A stretch of 56,648 nt of DNA from a virus (Duplodnaviria; Caudoviricetes): the IMG/VR virus record IMGVR_UViG_3300048834_000930, positions 1 to 56,648 of that record; one strand, given 5' to 3'. Positions 1 through 8,434 of this stretch are shown here, one piece after another. The notes beneath the pieces were generated by a model, which was not told the origin of the DNA, did no database searches, and worked only from the letters and a program-made list of their open reading frames with translations. A program made the position numbers and the translations under genes. Numbering within the stretch: position 1 is the first letter of the stretch; each line of letters opens with the position of its first letter.

Positions 1-1
1 A

Positions 2-61
2 CTGTCGATGTCCGAACGCGAGGCTGCGGCGGTGCGTCGAGTTGCAGCCGAGTGCCGGTGA
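2..61 (+). CDS. 3' end of a gene truncated by the window start
   Basis: Open frame LSMSEREAAAVRRVAAECR ends in TGA at 59-61, just before a promoter. Confidence 0.3.
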   Translation: MSMSEREAAAVRRVAAECR

Positions 62-62
62 G

Positions 63-91
63 TTGCGGCGCAATATGCGGTGCGCTACTAT
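63..91 (+). promoter_or_regulatory. sigma70-like promoter of the XRE gene, with operator-like box
   Basis: TTGCGG(63-68)-N17-TACTAT(86-91); spacer contains ATATGCGGTGCGC (73-85); in-frame GTG 6 nt downstream at 98. Confidence 0.6.
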
Positions 92-97
92 CGGCAG

Positions 98-388
98 GTG
101 CCACCGCGCAAAATCACCACGAGCCCGATGCCAGCACTGATCGGCCCGCTCGTCGCCGCAGCACGGCAGGCCGCTGGAATGACCCAGACCGGTCTAGGCG
201 AGGCCGCAGGCGTCCCGCAGAGCCACGTCGCGGCCATCGAGGGCGGGCGCGCTAACCCGTCCACTGAGATGCTGGCGAGGCTAGGACACGCTCTCGGCGT
301 CGACCCAGGAGCGCTTTTGCCCGACCTTGAGCGGATTCGATCCGAGTTTGGCGCGGATCTCGCTGGTCTGCAGAAAAGTGGAGGCTGA
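98..388 (+). CDS. XRE/Cro-C1 family HTH transcriptional regulator (possibly Aca-like)
   Basis: ARQAAGMTQTGLGEAAGVPQSHVAAIEGGRANPSTEMLARLGHALGV is a canonical HTH_3 pattern; start 98 (leaderless GTG) or 128. Confidence 0.9.
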   Translation: MPPRKITTSPMPALIGPLVAAARQAAGMTQTGLGEAAGVPQSHVAAIEGGRANPSTEMLARLGHALGVDPGALLPDLERIRSEFGADLAGLQKSGG

Positions 389-392
389 CTAC

Positions 393-421
393 TTGCGAAT
401 GATATGCGGCGCGCATATATT
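393..421 (+). promoter_or_regulatory. sigma70-like promoter with palindromic operator
   Basis: TTGCGA(393-398)-N17-TATATT(416-421); palindrome ATATGCG-N3-CGCATAT (402-418) overlaps the spacer and -10. Confidence 0.65.
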
Positions 422-460
422 CTCATCACCGGGCGACGAGATGGCGCCCGCGAATCCAAG

Positions 461-841
461 ATGACCACCCTGACTCTTTACCGCGCAGCCGATGCCGACA
501 CTTGGAGCGACTGCGCCAGCTTTGCGGAGAGTCGCGAGGCGGCGGAGTGCTACCTCGATAACCCAGGGTTCGGCGGATCGCGACTGTGGGTCACTACGGT
601 CGAGATCGACGAGTCGGCAGTGCTCGATCTGACCGATTGCGATGACGCCGTGGCCGTCATTGCCGACCGCATCGGCAGTGAGCACCCAGGCGCCATCGGG
701 GCCGACGAGTATGCTCCTCGCGTCTCATATGAGCTCCGCGATGCTGGTGTCGAGTGGGTCCGAGTGCGGGAGTCATACCCGGCGGACACGATCACTTGGA
801 TTTTTGTCGGGTCGGATGACCCTGAGTTGGAGGGGATATGA
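461..841 (+). CDS. small acidic hypothetical protein, possible ADP-ribosyltransferase-like fold
   Basis: Pattern LYRA...SFAESREAAECY...VLDLT...LRDAGVEWV...WIFV resembles phage ART-like domains; ATGA overlap with next gene. Confidence 0.6.
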   Translation: MTTLTLYRAADADTWSDCASFAESREAAECYLDNPGFGGSRLWVTTVEIDESAVLDLTDCDDAVAVIADRIGSEHPGAIGADEYAPRVSYELRDAGVEWVRVRESYPADTITWIFVGSDDPELEGI

Positions 842-1140
842 ACATTTCAATCGATTACATTTCCACGCATTCATCAACCCATTGCAACGCCTATTGTCAG
901 TTCGTCGCCACCATAGGCGACGAGAAATATGAACTGGCAGCGTCAGTCGGAGCTCGTGACTCCTACGCTGGCACCATCGCAGCCAGCGGCGCTGGTGTGA
1001 CCAAGGCGATGGTCTCGGCCTGGTGCGAAGATCCATCCGACTTCGCCACGGTGCCGCAGGAGCACCGCGAAGCTGTCGAGGAAGCGCTTCTGCGCTCCGC
1101 ATGGCGCCTCTGGCAAGAGGCCGAGTTAGTTCACGATTAG
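838..1140 (+). CDS. small acidic hypothetical protein
   Basis: GGAGG RBS, translationally coupled ORF, 100 aa. Confidence 0.7.
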   Translation: MNISIDYISTHSSTHCNAYCQFVATIGDEKYELAASVGARDSYAGTIAASGAGVTKAMVSAWCEDPSDFATVPQEHREAVEEALLRSAWRLWQEAELVHD

Positions 1141-1151
1141 GCCGCGCCCAC

Positions 1152-1206
1152 CCCTAAGCTCGCCCGCAACGCATCCGAAAGGACGAGCGTGCGGGCTTAG
1201 GGCGTT
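1152..1206 (+). repeat. intergenic hairpin motif, copy 1
   Basis: CCCTAAGCTCGCCCGCA...GCGGGCTTAGGGCGTT; related copies at 1932 and 24487. Confidence 0.75.
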
Positions 1207-1914
1207 ATGGAGTACAGAGTATGGAACCCTTCAGAGTGCACGGAGGAGGACGCCCGCGTCATCGAGGCTGAGGATGCCTCACAAGCGGAGCTTACAGCTA
1301 TGACCACCATGAGCGAAACCATGAGCGCATCACACTCCGAGGACGGAGGGTCCGGGTCCTGGTCCGGGTCCGAAGTCCAAGCCGCGTTGAGCGGCGTGAA
1401 ATCGTGCTATCACAAGGATGATTGCACGCCATACGCAGAATACAGTGCGCGACTCACCGACGCCATTGAGAGGGCTAGGGCCCTCCTAAAAAAATGGGGG
1501 CCAGGAGAGGTAATTTCCGAGCCATTCGTGTTCATGAATTTGCTACGACGATACGCTCCTAGTGAGCTAGTCGCGGTGGCGGAGCAGAGGTACACGGACC
1601 ACCTGTCTGTTTGCTCCCAGTGTTATGGGCACGGGAGCCAAACAAGTTACGGCCAGTGCCCGTGGTGCCGCAATGGGATTGTCGGCCCGTTGGGGGCCGA
1701 TGATCGAGTTTGGGCCGAGTACTTCCACGGCGATCTCATGATATTGTGGGGCTCCATACGGGAGTATCAGGCCGCCGGATTCGACCCATCGCACGCTCAC
1801 GCCGCCTGGTTGTTCGGGTGGCCTGCGGCGTCCGGCATCGTTGACATAGAGACCATGCGCGCACACGCGTTGCGCATGGTCAAAGTCGAACTGGTATCAA
1901 GACGATCTGCGTAG
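1207..1914 (+). CDS. hypothetical protein with CxxCxGxG zinc finger
   Basis: CSQCYGHG...CPWCRNG; 235 aa ORF. Confidence 0.65.
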   Translation: MEYRVWNPSECTEEDARVIEAEDASQAELTAMTTMSETMSASHSEDGGSGSWSGSEVQAALSGVKSCYHKDDCTPYAEYSARLTDAIERARALLKKWGPGEVISEPFVFMNLLRRYAPSELVAVAEQRYTDHLSVCSQCYGHGSQTSYGQCPWCRNGIVGPLGADDRVWAEYFHGDLMILWGSIREYQAAGFDPSHAHAAWLFGWPAASGIVDIETMRAHALRMVKVELVSRRSA

Positions 1915-1931
1915 CCTGCCGCAATATTTCA

Positions 1932-1982
1932 TCGCCCGCACCGGCCCGTCAGGGTGTTCGGGCGGGCTTAGGGCGTTGGAGG
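1932..1982 (+). repeat. intergenic hairpin motif, copy 2
   Basis: TCGCCCGCAC...CGGGCGGGCTTAGGGCGTTGGAGG. Confidence 0.75.
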
Positions 1983-2009
1983 CCGTCCAGTTTCGTGGAC
2001 GGATACATC

Positions 2010-2306
2010 ATGGAAGACATCAAAGCCAAGCGAGATCATGCACTATTTACACGGGGGTCTTTTGCGTCGCTGAGTCACGCCAGTGACTACCGTCACGCCT
2101 TTCATGCGGCGTGGCAGGCGTACTACCGCCGCGCGAAGCTATTGCGGAGATCGATCACCGCAAACCAAGCGGCTATCCGAGCGGGCCACGGTCTCTTGCT
2201 GGACCTGCCTGGAGGCATGCGGGAGGCACGCGCACTTCTCCGCCACGCCGCGGCGCAGCGAGAGCAATACATCTCCACCTACGGCTCGCCGATGGCTGAT
2301 GATTGA
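2010..2306 (+). CDS. hypothetical protein
   Basis: ORF downstream of hairpin motif copy 2. Confidence 0.6.
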   Translation: MEDIKAKRDHALFTRGSFASLSHASDYRHAFHAAWQAYYRRAKLLRRSITANQAAIRAGHGLLLDLPGGMREARALLRHAAAQREQYISTYGSPMADD

Positions 2307-2337
2307 CGCTGGCGCCGACGCGTGGGATCTGTGACCC

Positions 2338-2808
2338 ATGCCCACGCCAGCCCAACTTCGAAGATTCGCCAGGGTCGCGATCTCTGCCGCTCAGGACCCC
2401 TCATTTCAGCGAGATCTCGCGTCGGTCGACGATCATGAAGCAGACCAGCGCATCATGAGATTTTGGGAGCAGGCTCGCGGCTCACTAATTTCAGTGATTC
2501 GCGAAGAGCTTGGAGCTCGGCACGAGTGGGAAAGCCCCGCTCAATTCGAGATCGAGGTCAACAAATGGAGCCAAGCAGGATTTGGGTCTGAAGACGCTGT
2601 TGCGTGGATAAAAGAAACCTCGAATCCACTAGCCGCGCAAATGCTTGCCGAGCGCGGGTGGACGCCGAGAATGCACAAAGAGTGCCGCGTCGGTGGTCGC
2701 ACGGTCTGCGAACTCCTGTCGAGATCTCGCATGGACCCATCCGTGATTCCGCCGATCGAGGTCGCAAAAGCGGCTAGGTCGGCACAGAAGCGTCGTAGGC
2801 ACTCTTGA
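2338..2808 (+). CDS. hypothetical protein
   Basis: 156 aa ORF; WSQAGFGSEDAVAW motif similar to YQAAGFDPSHAHAAW in 1207..1914. Confidence 0.65.
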   Translation: MPTPAQLRRFARVAISAAQDPSFQRDLASVDDHEADQRIMRFWEQARGSLISVIREELGARHEWESPAQFEIEVNKWSQAGFGSEDAVAWIKETSNPLAAQMLAERGWTPRMHKECRVGGRTVCELLSRSRMDPSVIPPIEVAKAARSAQKRRRHS

Positions 2809-2833
2809 CAGCGCGCTACTAGCCTGGCATCCT
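2805..2833 (+). promoter_or_regulatory. promoter of the CRISPR-like mini-array
   Basis: Perfect TTGACA (2805-2810)-N17-CATCCT (2828-2833) with upstream TG; no credible gene follows. Confidence 0.6.
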
Positions 2834-2845
2834 GCACTCACCGCG

Positions 2846-2949
2846 GTTTTCCGGGTTTGCATCCGGCCCCATTGAAGATTGTTGTTCCGCGGTGTCGATC
2901 TTTCAGATCGATATTTTCCCGCCCAGAAATGGACGGGCCCCATTGAAGC
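2846..2949 (+). CRISPR. cas-less CRISPR mini-array (degenerate repeat, 34-nt spacer, repeat), type I-G(I-U)-like repeats
   Basis: R1 GTTTTCCGGGTTTGCATCCGGCCCCATTGAAGA (2846-2878); spacer 2879-2912; R2 ATTTTCCCGCCCAGAAATGGACGGGCCCCATTGAAGC (2913-2949, 37 nt); both have an internal hairpin and a GGCCCCATTGAAG 3' end. Confidence 0.75.
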
Positions 2950-2990
2950 CCACGCAGTCAATATCGCTCGGCGCGTGGGCTTTCGCTTTG
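2946..2990 (+). terminator. intrinsic terminator closing the mini-array transcript
   Basis: AAGCCCACGC (2946-2955) pairs with GCGTGGGCTT (2973-2982), followed by T-rich TCGCTTTGATTTT. Confidence 0.6.
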
Positions 2991-3128
2991 ATTTTCACGG
3001 CGTAGAGTGCCGCTGAATTGCGCCGAGCAGAGCGATGCGCTACATGAGAGTAGCCCCCGACCTTAGCGAGAAATCGCCGAAGTCACCTTTGCTCCACGTT
3101 GCCGCGAGGCACGTGGATTTTTTTTTCG

Positions 3129-3533
3129 TTACCCAAGCCGCCGAATCGCTACAATCTTACCCGCATCAAATTGCTTCGCGCGCACGCGCTTCCCCTGATT
3201 CCCACCAAGAATCCAGACCGATTCACCATCGAGACGCACGAAAAGCCCGACGTGATAGCCGCCCGGCCGTTGTAAAACAACGACGTCGCCGGGCAGGGCG
3301 AATCGAGCGTTTGCAATAGCTTCGCCCACGTGTCGCCACGACGCCGCGCGCAAGGCCTTCGGCGGTACCGGAGCGCCGCAGGCGGTGGCGATCACCTGCA
3401 TGAAGATGCCGCACCACGCGAGCCGCTGGCCTTTTGCCCACGGAACAATCTGCGCAATCCAACCTGCGACGATCGGGTCCGATTCTTTGATGCCGTAGTA
3501 ACGATGCGCCTCGTAAAGCAGCGCCTTGTTCAT
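3129..3533 (-). CDS. TIGR02594-type NlpC/P60/CHAP-like peptidoglycan hydrolase (endolysin candidate)
   Basis: YYGIKE...AWCGIF...LRAASW...PGDVVVLQR..GYHVGLF...ILGGNQ signature. Confidence 0.85.
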   Translation of the reverse strand: MNKALLYEAHRYYGIKESDPIVAGWIAQIVPWAKGQRLAWCGIFMQVIATACGAPVPPKALRAASWRHVGEAIANARFALPGDVVVLQRPGGYHVGLFVRLDGESVWILGGNQGKRVRAKQFDAGKIVAIRRLG

Positions 3534-3661
3534 ACGAGCTTCTCCGCCTTCGCCTTGCGCCAGAGCTTGAAGATCTTGAATGCCGCCAGAACGACGACGG
3601 TCACGATGGGGATGATGAATTCGTCGAGGATGACTTGCACGGCTTCGGCGTCAATGTCCAT
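3530..3661 (-). CDS. 43-aa single-TM protein, holin-like
   Basis: Translated by hand: MDIDAEAVQVILDEFIIPIVTVVVLAAFKIFKLWRKAKAEKLV; ATGA overlap with the hydrolase; below the ORF-track cutoff. Confidence 0.65.
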   Translation of the reverse strand: MDIDAEAVQVILDEFIIPIVTVVVLAAFKIFKLWRKAKAEKLV

Positions 3662-3744
3662 GCAACCATCGTGATGCAATAGCTCAATCGCGCCGAATCA
3701 AGGCCTTCATTTTGCGAATCCCATCGCATTGGCATGATCGCCCC

Positions 3745-5094
3745 GTGCCAACCGCAGACCGCAAGCACCAGTGCTCAATCGGGGGCATCAAAGTCGTTCA
3801 CAAGTCGAGCTCGCTCAACACGGGTCGCCCGCACAAGACCCACACTTCGGCAACGCGCGACTATTCAGAGGTTGAAGCGCTCCCGTTTCCATCGGAAATG
3901 TTCAGCGAAGAGGTCGACGTCGTCGGCGATAACTTCGATTTGATCGTGCTTCAAATCCTCGAATTGCTCGCGGGCAAGGGGCCGGTCGAGTATGTGCATC
4001 CGACACGCGGGCCACTTTATGTCGTGTTGCAATCGCCGGCGGTGGTGACGGAGCGCCCCGATCGGGTGGTCAACAAGACCCGTCTCCGATTCGATTTCAA
4101 GGTCGCGGCTGTCGAGCCCCCCGTCGGGCCGAAGAAGTTGCCCGCGACGGCGAAGGCCAAAATCGCCATTGCCCAAGAGGGCCTCGACGCTGACTTCGAT
4201 GCCGCGGTCGACACAAACAAACTTGGATTTGCGGACCTCATCAAAAACGTCGTCGGCAAGATTCTCGACGCAGCAGATTTCATCGGGGGCATCAATGGCA
4301 CAGTCGCCGGCAAACTTGCGATCGTGAGCTCGTTGACCTCGGCAATCAAAGAGCTTGAGCGCTCGGTCAATACTTTGGTGCACACGCCGGACCTCGTTCG
4401 CGCGTCGCTCATGTCGCTCGTGATTGCGACGGGAAACCTGGTCAAAACAGCGACCGAACGCTACACCAGCCTTGCACCATTTCGTGCGGCAAACGAGGCA
4501 GCCTCGCAGGGATACGGCCAAGCACTCGGGGCCGTCGGCGGTGCCGATGGGCAAATCAACATCACGCGCCCGGTGGATGCGTCGATCACCATGCTGTCGG
4601 CAATGAAGAAGAGCAACGAGCTTGAGCTCGACGTCTCCGAAATTCCCACGGGTGACGACCAGACGCCGGAGCGCGCGGCCGAGCTCGAAGCGACTCAAGC
4701 GATTCAACGTTGGACTCGAGCGACGCTGGTCATGCAACTCGCGGGTTCGCTCACCAATGTCGAGTGGGAGAGCGAGTCGCAGGTTCGGCATGCGATGGCT
4801 GTCCTGCAGGCTGAAATTGCGAAAGTTCGCGCCGACACTGGTCATTCGCCCGAAACGATTCGATCCCTTCGCGCGGTGACACTTGCCCTCGTTGCCTATC
4901 TCGATTCGCAGCGCTCGCGCTTGCCCGAGCTGCGCATTGTGTCGACGAAGCGGGCGCGCAGCATTGTCTTGCTGGCCTACGATCTCTTCGGTGACGCCTA
5001 CGCCTATCCGCGCCTTCTCTCACGCAACGTCGACTCGATAACCGACCCTGGCCGTCTGCCAAGCGACATCGATCTGGAGGTGCTCGGTGATTAG
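3745..5094 (+). CDS. Mu gp43-like DNA circulation / tail-baseplate protein
   Basis: N-terminus DRKHQCSIGG...GKGPVEYVHPTRG; C-terminus LLAYDLFGD...LLSRN; precedes baseplate hub; start refined to GTG 3745. Confidence 0.8.
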   Translation: MPTADRKHQCSIGGIKVVHKSSSLNTGRPHKTHTSATRDYSEVEALPFPSEMFSEEVDVVGDNFDLIVLQILELLAGKGPVEYVHPTRGPLYVVLQSPAVVTERPDRVVNKTRLRFDFKVAAVEPPVGPKKLPATAKAKIAIAQEGLDADFDAAVDTNKLGFADLIKNVVGKILDAADFIGGINGTVAGKLAIVSSLTSAIKELERSVNTLVHTPDLVRASLMSLVIATGNLVKTATERYTSLAPFRAANEAASQGYGQALGAVGGADGQINITRPVDASITMLSAMKKSNELELDVSEIPTGDDQTPERAAELEATQAIQRWTRATLVMQLAGSLTNVEWESESQVRHAMAVLQAEIAKVRADTGHSPETIRSLRAVTLALVAYLDSQRSRLPELRIVSTKRARSIVLLAYDLFGDAYAYPRLLSRNVDSITDPGRLPSDIDLEVLGD

Positions 5095-6124
5095 GTCGCC
5101 AAAACCTCGCTTGCTGGTCGATGGGGAGGAGTACGCGGGCACGATCAAGTCGGTGCAAGTCACCGCGTCGATCGAGCAGGTCGCCCACTTTTTCACGGTT
5201 GAAACCTTCGTCGCTCGCGGTGCTCCGTTTCCCTTCTACGCCTTTGCGAAGGCCCAGCTCTACGACGGCGACAGATTGCTGGTCGACGGCTACCTTGAGC
5301 AACCCGACGACTCACGCTCTTCGGACGGCAGCACGGTGACGCTCACGGGCAAGTCGCGAACGAACCACTTGCAAGAGGCATCGGCTGCACTCGACACGCT
5401 TCAACTCCGCAACGTGACGCTTGAGAAAATCGTCCGCAAGCTCGTGGAGCCGTGGAAGATTCCCGTCAAAGTCACCGCCGGCGTTGATCAAGGTAAACCG
5501 TTCAAGAAGTTTCGGCTCAACGATGGCGAGACGCCGTTTGAGGCGATGGCAAGGGCGGTTCACGAGCGCGGCTTGTTGATTTACACCGAGACCGGCGCCG
5601 AGGTGATCATCGGCGAGCCCACGCGCGGCCCGGCGCTTTTCGTGTTTCCAGACTTCACCGACGTCGACACGATGATTCGCACCGGCGGCGACATCTCCGG
5701 CCTTGGCTCGCAATATAGCGTGACCGGGCACGGTACGCACATGCTTCTTGGCAAAGACCCGGGCAAGGCAATCGCAACCGTGCTCAATCCGGAGATCACC
5801 GAGCATCGGCCGATCATCATTCAAGCGCAGACGGGCACTCAGTTCAAAGAGCTCGTGAAGCAAGCCGAACGCATCCGCCAGTCGAGAATGGGCAAGGCGC
5901 TGACCTGCAACGTTGAGACCGCGGCATGGTACGGACGCACGGGCCAAATCTGGTGGCCGAACCAGCTCATTCACCTGAGGGCCGATGTGCATGTTGGCAA
6001 GAATAAGACGCTTGACGAAGAGATGGTGCTCTCGACGGTTTACTTGCGGTTTTCGAGCGACGAAGGGTCGTCGTCGCAACTCGAGTTCAAACGCCGCGAC
6101 GCATTCTTGACGGAGGGAAAATGA
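5087..6124 (+). CDS. Mu gp44/P-like baseplate hub protein
   Basis: LLVDGEEY...SIEQVA..F...LLVDGY...GKSRT...GETPFE...WWPNQLI. Confidence 0.85.
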   Translation: MIRSPKPRLLVDGEEYAGTIKSVQVTASIEQVAHFFTVETFVARGAPFPFYAFAKAQLYDGDRLLVDGYLEQPDDSRSSDGSTVTLTGKSRTNHLQEASAALDTLQLRNVTLEKIVRKLVEPWKIPVKVTAGVDQGKPFKKFRLNDGETPFEAMARAVHERGLLIYTETGAEVIIGEPTRGPALFVFPDFTDVDTMIRTGGDISGLGSQYSVTGHGTHMLLGKDPGKAIATVLNPEITEHRPIIIQAQTGTQFKELVKQAERIRQSRMGKALTCNVETAAWYGRTGQIWWPNQLIHLRADVHVGKNKTLDEEMVLSTVYLRFSSDEGSSSQLEFKRRDAFLTEGK

Positions 6125-6837
6125 TGGGACCTCGTGAACTAAGAACATTCATCGACAAGGCAACCGCCACGATCCGCGGGCAAATCCGCGACATGGTGCG
6201 AATCGGAAAAGTTGGGCGACTCAAGGATGACGACGATGTGCAGACGATGCAGGCCGTTGACATGCAAGACCGCACCGAAGACGATGTGATGAACCTGAAT
6301 CACTACGGTCTCTCGACGAATCCACCGGCGGAGAGCAAAGGCCTTCTCGTGTCGATCAACGGCTCAACCGAGCAGTCAGCGATGATCTTCGCGTCGCCAA
6401 GTGGACGCCCAACGGTCGAAGCGGGCGAAGTGATCGTCTGGTCAGTTCATGGGCAGTCGATGAAATTCGCCAAAACCGGTGACGTTTCGATCAGCTGCGC
6501 GGACGATGGCGTCAAGATCGACATGAAGGTGAGCGGCGAAGCGTCGATGGTGGCCAAGACTGGCGCCAAGATCGAGATGAGCACCGCCGGTCAGATCACG
6601 GTGACGTCGCCATCAGCGGCGCTCATCAAGCTCGGCAGTGCGGCCGCCGTGCTCGGCGTTGCTCGATTCACCGATTCGGTAGGTCCTTCGCCCGAGCTCA
6701 TCGCTTACCAGACGTTTTGCGAAGGCCTCTTCAACAGCCTGTTGCCGGGTTCCTTCACGGCGTTCAACAACTTTGCGGCGGTAGTGCTGCGATCTGGAAT
6801 CATCACAGGCGCGAGTGCAAAGACGCTTTCTGCGTAG
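6121..6837 (+). CDS. Mu gp45-like baseplate spike
   Basis: VQTMQ...HYGLSTNPP...RPTVEAGEVIVW followed by beta-helix-like repeats. Confidence 0.85.
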   Translation: MMGPRELRTFIDKATATIRGQIRDMVRIGKVGRLKDDDDVQTMQAVDMQDRTEDDVMNLNHYGLSTNPPAESKGLLVSINGSTEQSAMIFASPSGRPTVEAGEVIVWSVHGQSMKFAKTGDVSISCADDGVKIDMKVSGEASMVAKTGAKIEMSTAGQITVTSPSAALIKLGSAAAVLGVARFTDSVGPSPELIAYQTFCEGLFNSLLPGSFTAFNNFAAVVLRSGIITGASAKTLSA

Positions 6838-7368
6838 TCACGGCTCAAGACCGACATGCGAGAGCAAAGTCGCTACCGTTTGTTGATCGAAGCTCTTCTT
6901 GCGAATCAGCTTCGCGGGCAGGTAGTGATCCCAAATCGACTCTGCGTTGCGTTCTGCTTCGGCGCGAATCTCAAGCTCGCTGTATCCCATTTGCTTCATC
7001 GCGCGAAGGCCGGAGCCATACGCCTGGACTTCGTAAATCCACAACTTGCGCGGCCGAGGGTAGATCAGGATTTCGAAGAGGAATCGCTTGGACTCTTGGA
7101 TCGCGTGAGTTGTCTCGTGCACCGCCACTTTGGCTTGCTGATGCTTTGACTTCTTCTCCCAGTTGCTACCCCACCAGACATGGCCGAAGGCGGTCGTCGA
7201 AAATCTGGACTTTCGGCGCTTCACGCTTGTCTCAAAATCCAAACCATCGAGGAGACTGGCGCACTGCCGTAAGATTGCCTCTGGGTCGCGTAACATAGCG
7301 ACGCCCGGTGGAAAGTTGGCTTTTGAAGACGCGAGAGCGATGTGCTTGGGCTTCAGTGTGAGCAACAT
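6838..7368 (-). CDS. HExxH zincin-like metallopeptidase
   Basis: TTAFGHVW...VAVHETTHAIQ...YEVQAY; antisense insertion in the baseplate operon. Confidence 0.65.
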   Translation of the reverse strand: MLLTLKPKHIALASSKANFPPGVAMLRDPEAILRQCASLLDGLDFETSVKRRKSRFSTTAFGHVWWGSNWEKKSKHQQAKVAVHETTHAIQESKRFLFEILIYPRPRKLWIYEVQAYGSGLRAMKQMGYSELEIRAEAERNAESIWDHYLPAKLIRKKSFDQQTVATLLSHVGLEP

Positions 7369-7416
7369 GGGCAAGAACTTGCCCGCGTCGCCGCAACTCA
7401 CGAATTCAAGGCGTGA

Positions 7417-7929
7417 TCACGCGGCCCAAACCGAATTCGCGGCCTCAAGCATTTCGTCCGCAAATTCGGCGCAAACCACGTTGTCGCCGGCGCAAACCAC
7501 GATGCGTTCGACGGCGCCAAAGTAGCCGCGCGCGATGTAGGTGAGTGCCGTGGCGAACTCTTCGATTTCTTCGATCGAGAGGTAGCTGATATCGACTTTG
7601 AGAGACGAAATACCGCGATGCTCCGCGGCGACAAGCGATGCGCTCAGGAAGTACGACCATCCGCACGTTTCTTGGTCCATGTGCGGCTCGGTGCTCGGAG
7701 CAAGAATGAATCGCTCACCGCCGAGAGTGCAAGGGAATGCAGCCCCAAGGGCAATGGGGAGCTTTCGCAGAAGTGTCGCGTTGAGCTCAGGATGCTTTGA
7801 ACACACGCGGCGCAGCGCTTCGGATGCAACCTCTTCGAAGGAGAGGCCAACGCCAATCGGCACAATCGCACACGCGCCGTCGATGTCCGCACACGCCTTC
7901 TCGCTGACCTCAATCTTGAACGGCTTCAT
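7417..7929 (-). CDS. degenerate macrodomain-like protein
   Basis: IEV...DID..AIVP...VASEAL...PIALGAA...FILAPS...LVAAEHRGISSL...VERIVVC follows the macrodomain pattern; own TTGAAA-N18-TACAAT promoter 6 nt before ATG. Confidence 0.55.
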   Translation of the reverse strand: MKPFKIEVSEKACADIDGACAIVPIGVGLSFEEVASEALRRVCSKHPELNATLLRKLPIALGAAFPCTLGGERFILAPSTEPHMDQETCGWSYFLSASLVAAEHRGISSLKVDISYLSIEEIEEFATALTYIARGYFGAVERIVVCAGDNVVCAEFADEMLEAANSVWAA

Positions 7930-8008
7930 AATGAAATTGTAGACGCATCGGCTGAAAACTTTCAAGCCATGATTTTCGCGCGCGACAAAATTAGAGTATT
8001 GGAGCGAC

Positions 8009-8434
8009 ATGCCTCAACTTGCAGTGCGCTACAACCCAGCGGTGGGCGGCCTTGATTTGGTCAAGAGAGGATCGTCGCACGTCCTCGATGAAGGATATCT
8101 GACCGCGGAAATCTTGTCGGTGAAGATCGAAGCTCGCGCGAGTGTGCGCGGAGGTCCGCCGCGCGGTGGATGGTGGGCAAATCCAATCCTCGGCTCAAAG
8201 CTCTGGGCGCTGCTCGGCGACAAAATCGACGATACGTTCGCGGCACGAGTTCGAACCGAGCTGATTGCCACGTTTCAATGGATGGTGGACGCCAAGATTT
8301 GTCGCAAGATCGAGGCGACGGCGGTCGCAAAGTCCAATACCGTGACAGGCACGGTCACGCTTCATCGACGCGCGGAGAGTTTGACGGAAGTTCGTCGTTG
8401 GGAGTTGAGCGCCGGGGAGTTCACCTATGCTTGA
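8009..8434 (+). CDS. Mu gp46-like baseplate protein
   Basis: RGGWWA...LGSKLWAL...FQWMVDA motif. Confidence 0.85.
   Translation: MPQLAVRYNPAVGGLDLVKRGSSHVLDEGYLTAEILSVKIEARASVRGGPPRGGWWANPILGSKLWALLGDKIDDTFAARVRTELIATFQWMVDAKICRKIEATAVAKSNTVTGTVTLHRRAESLTEVRRWELSAGEFTYA

Noticed and set aside
1348-1371. GGGTCC hexamer repeats
   Set aside because: Short low-complexity Gly-Ser coding linker
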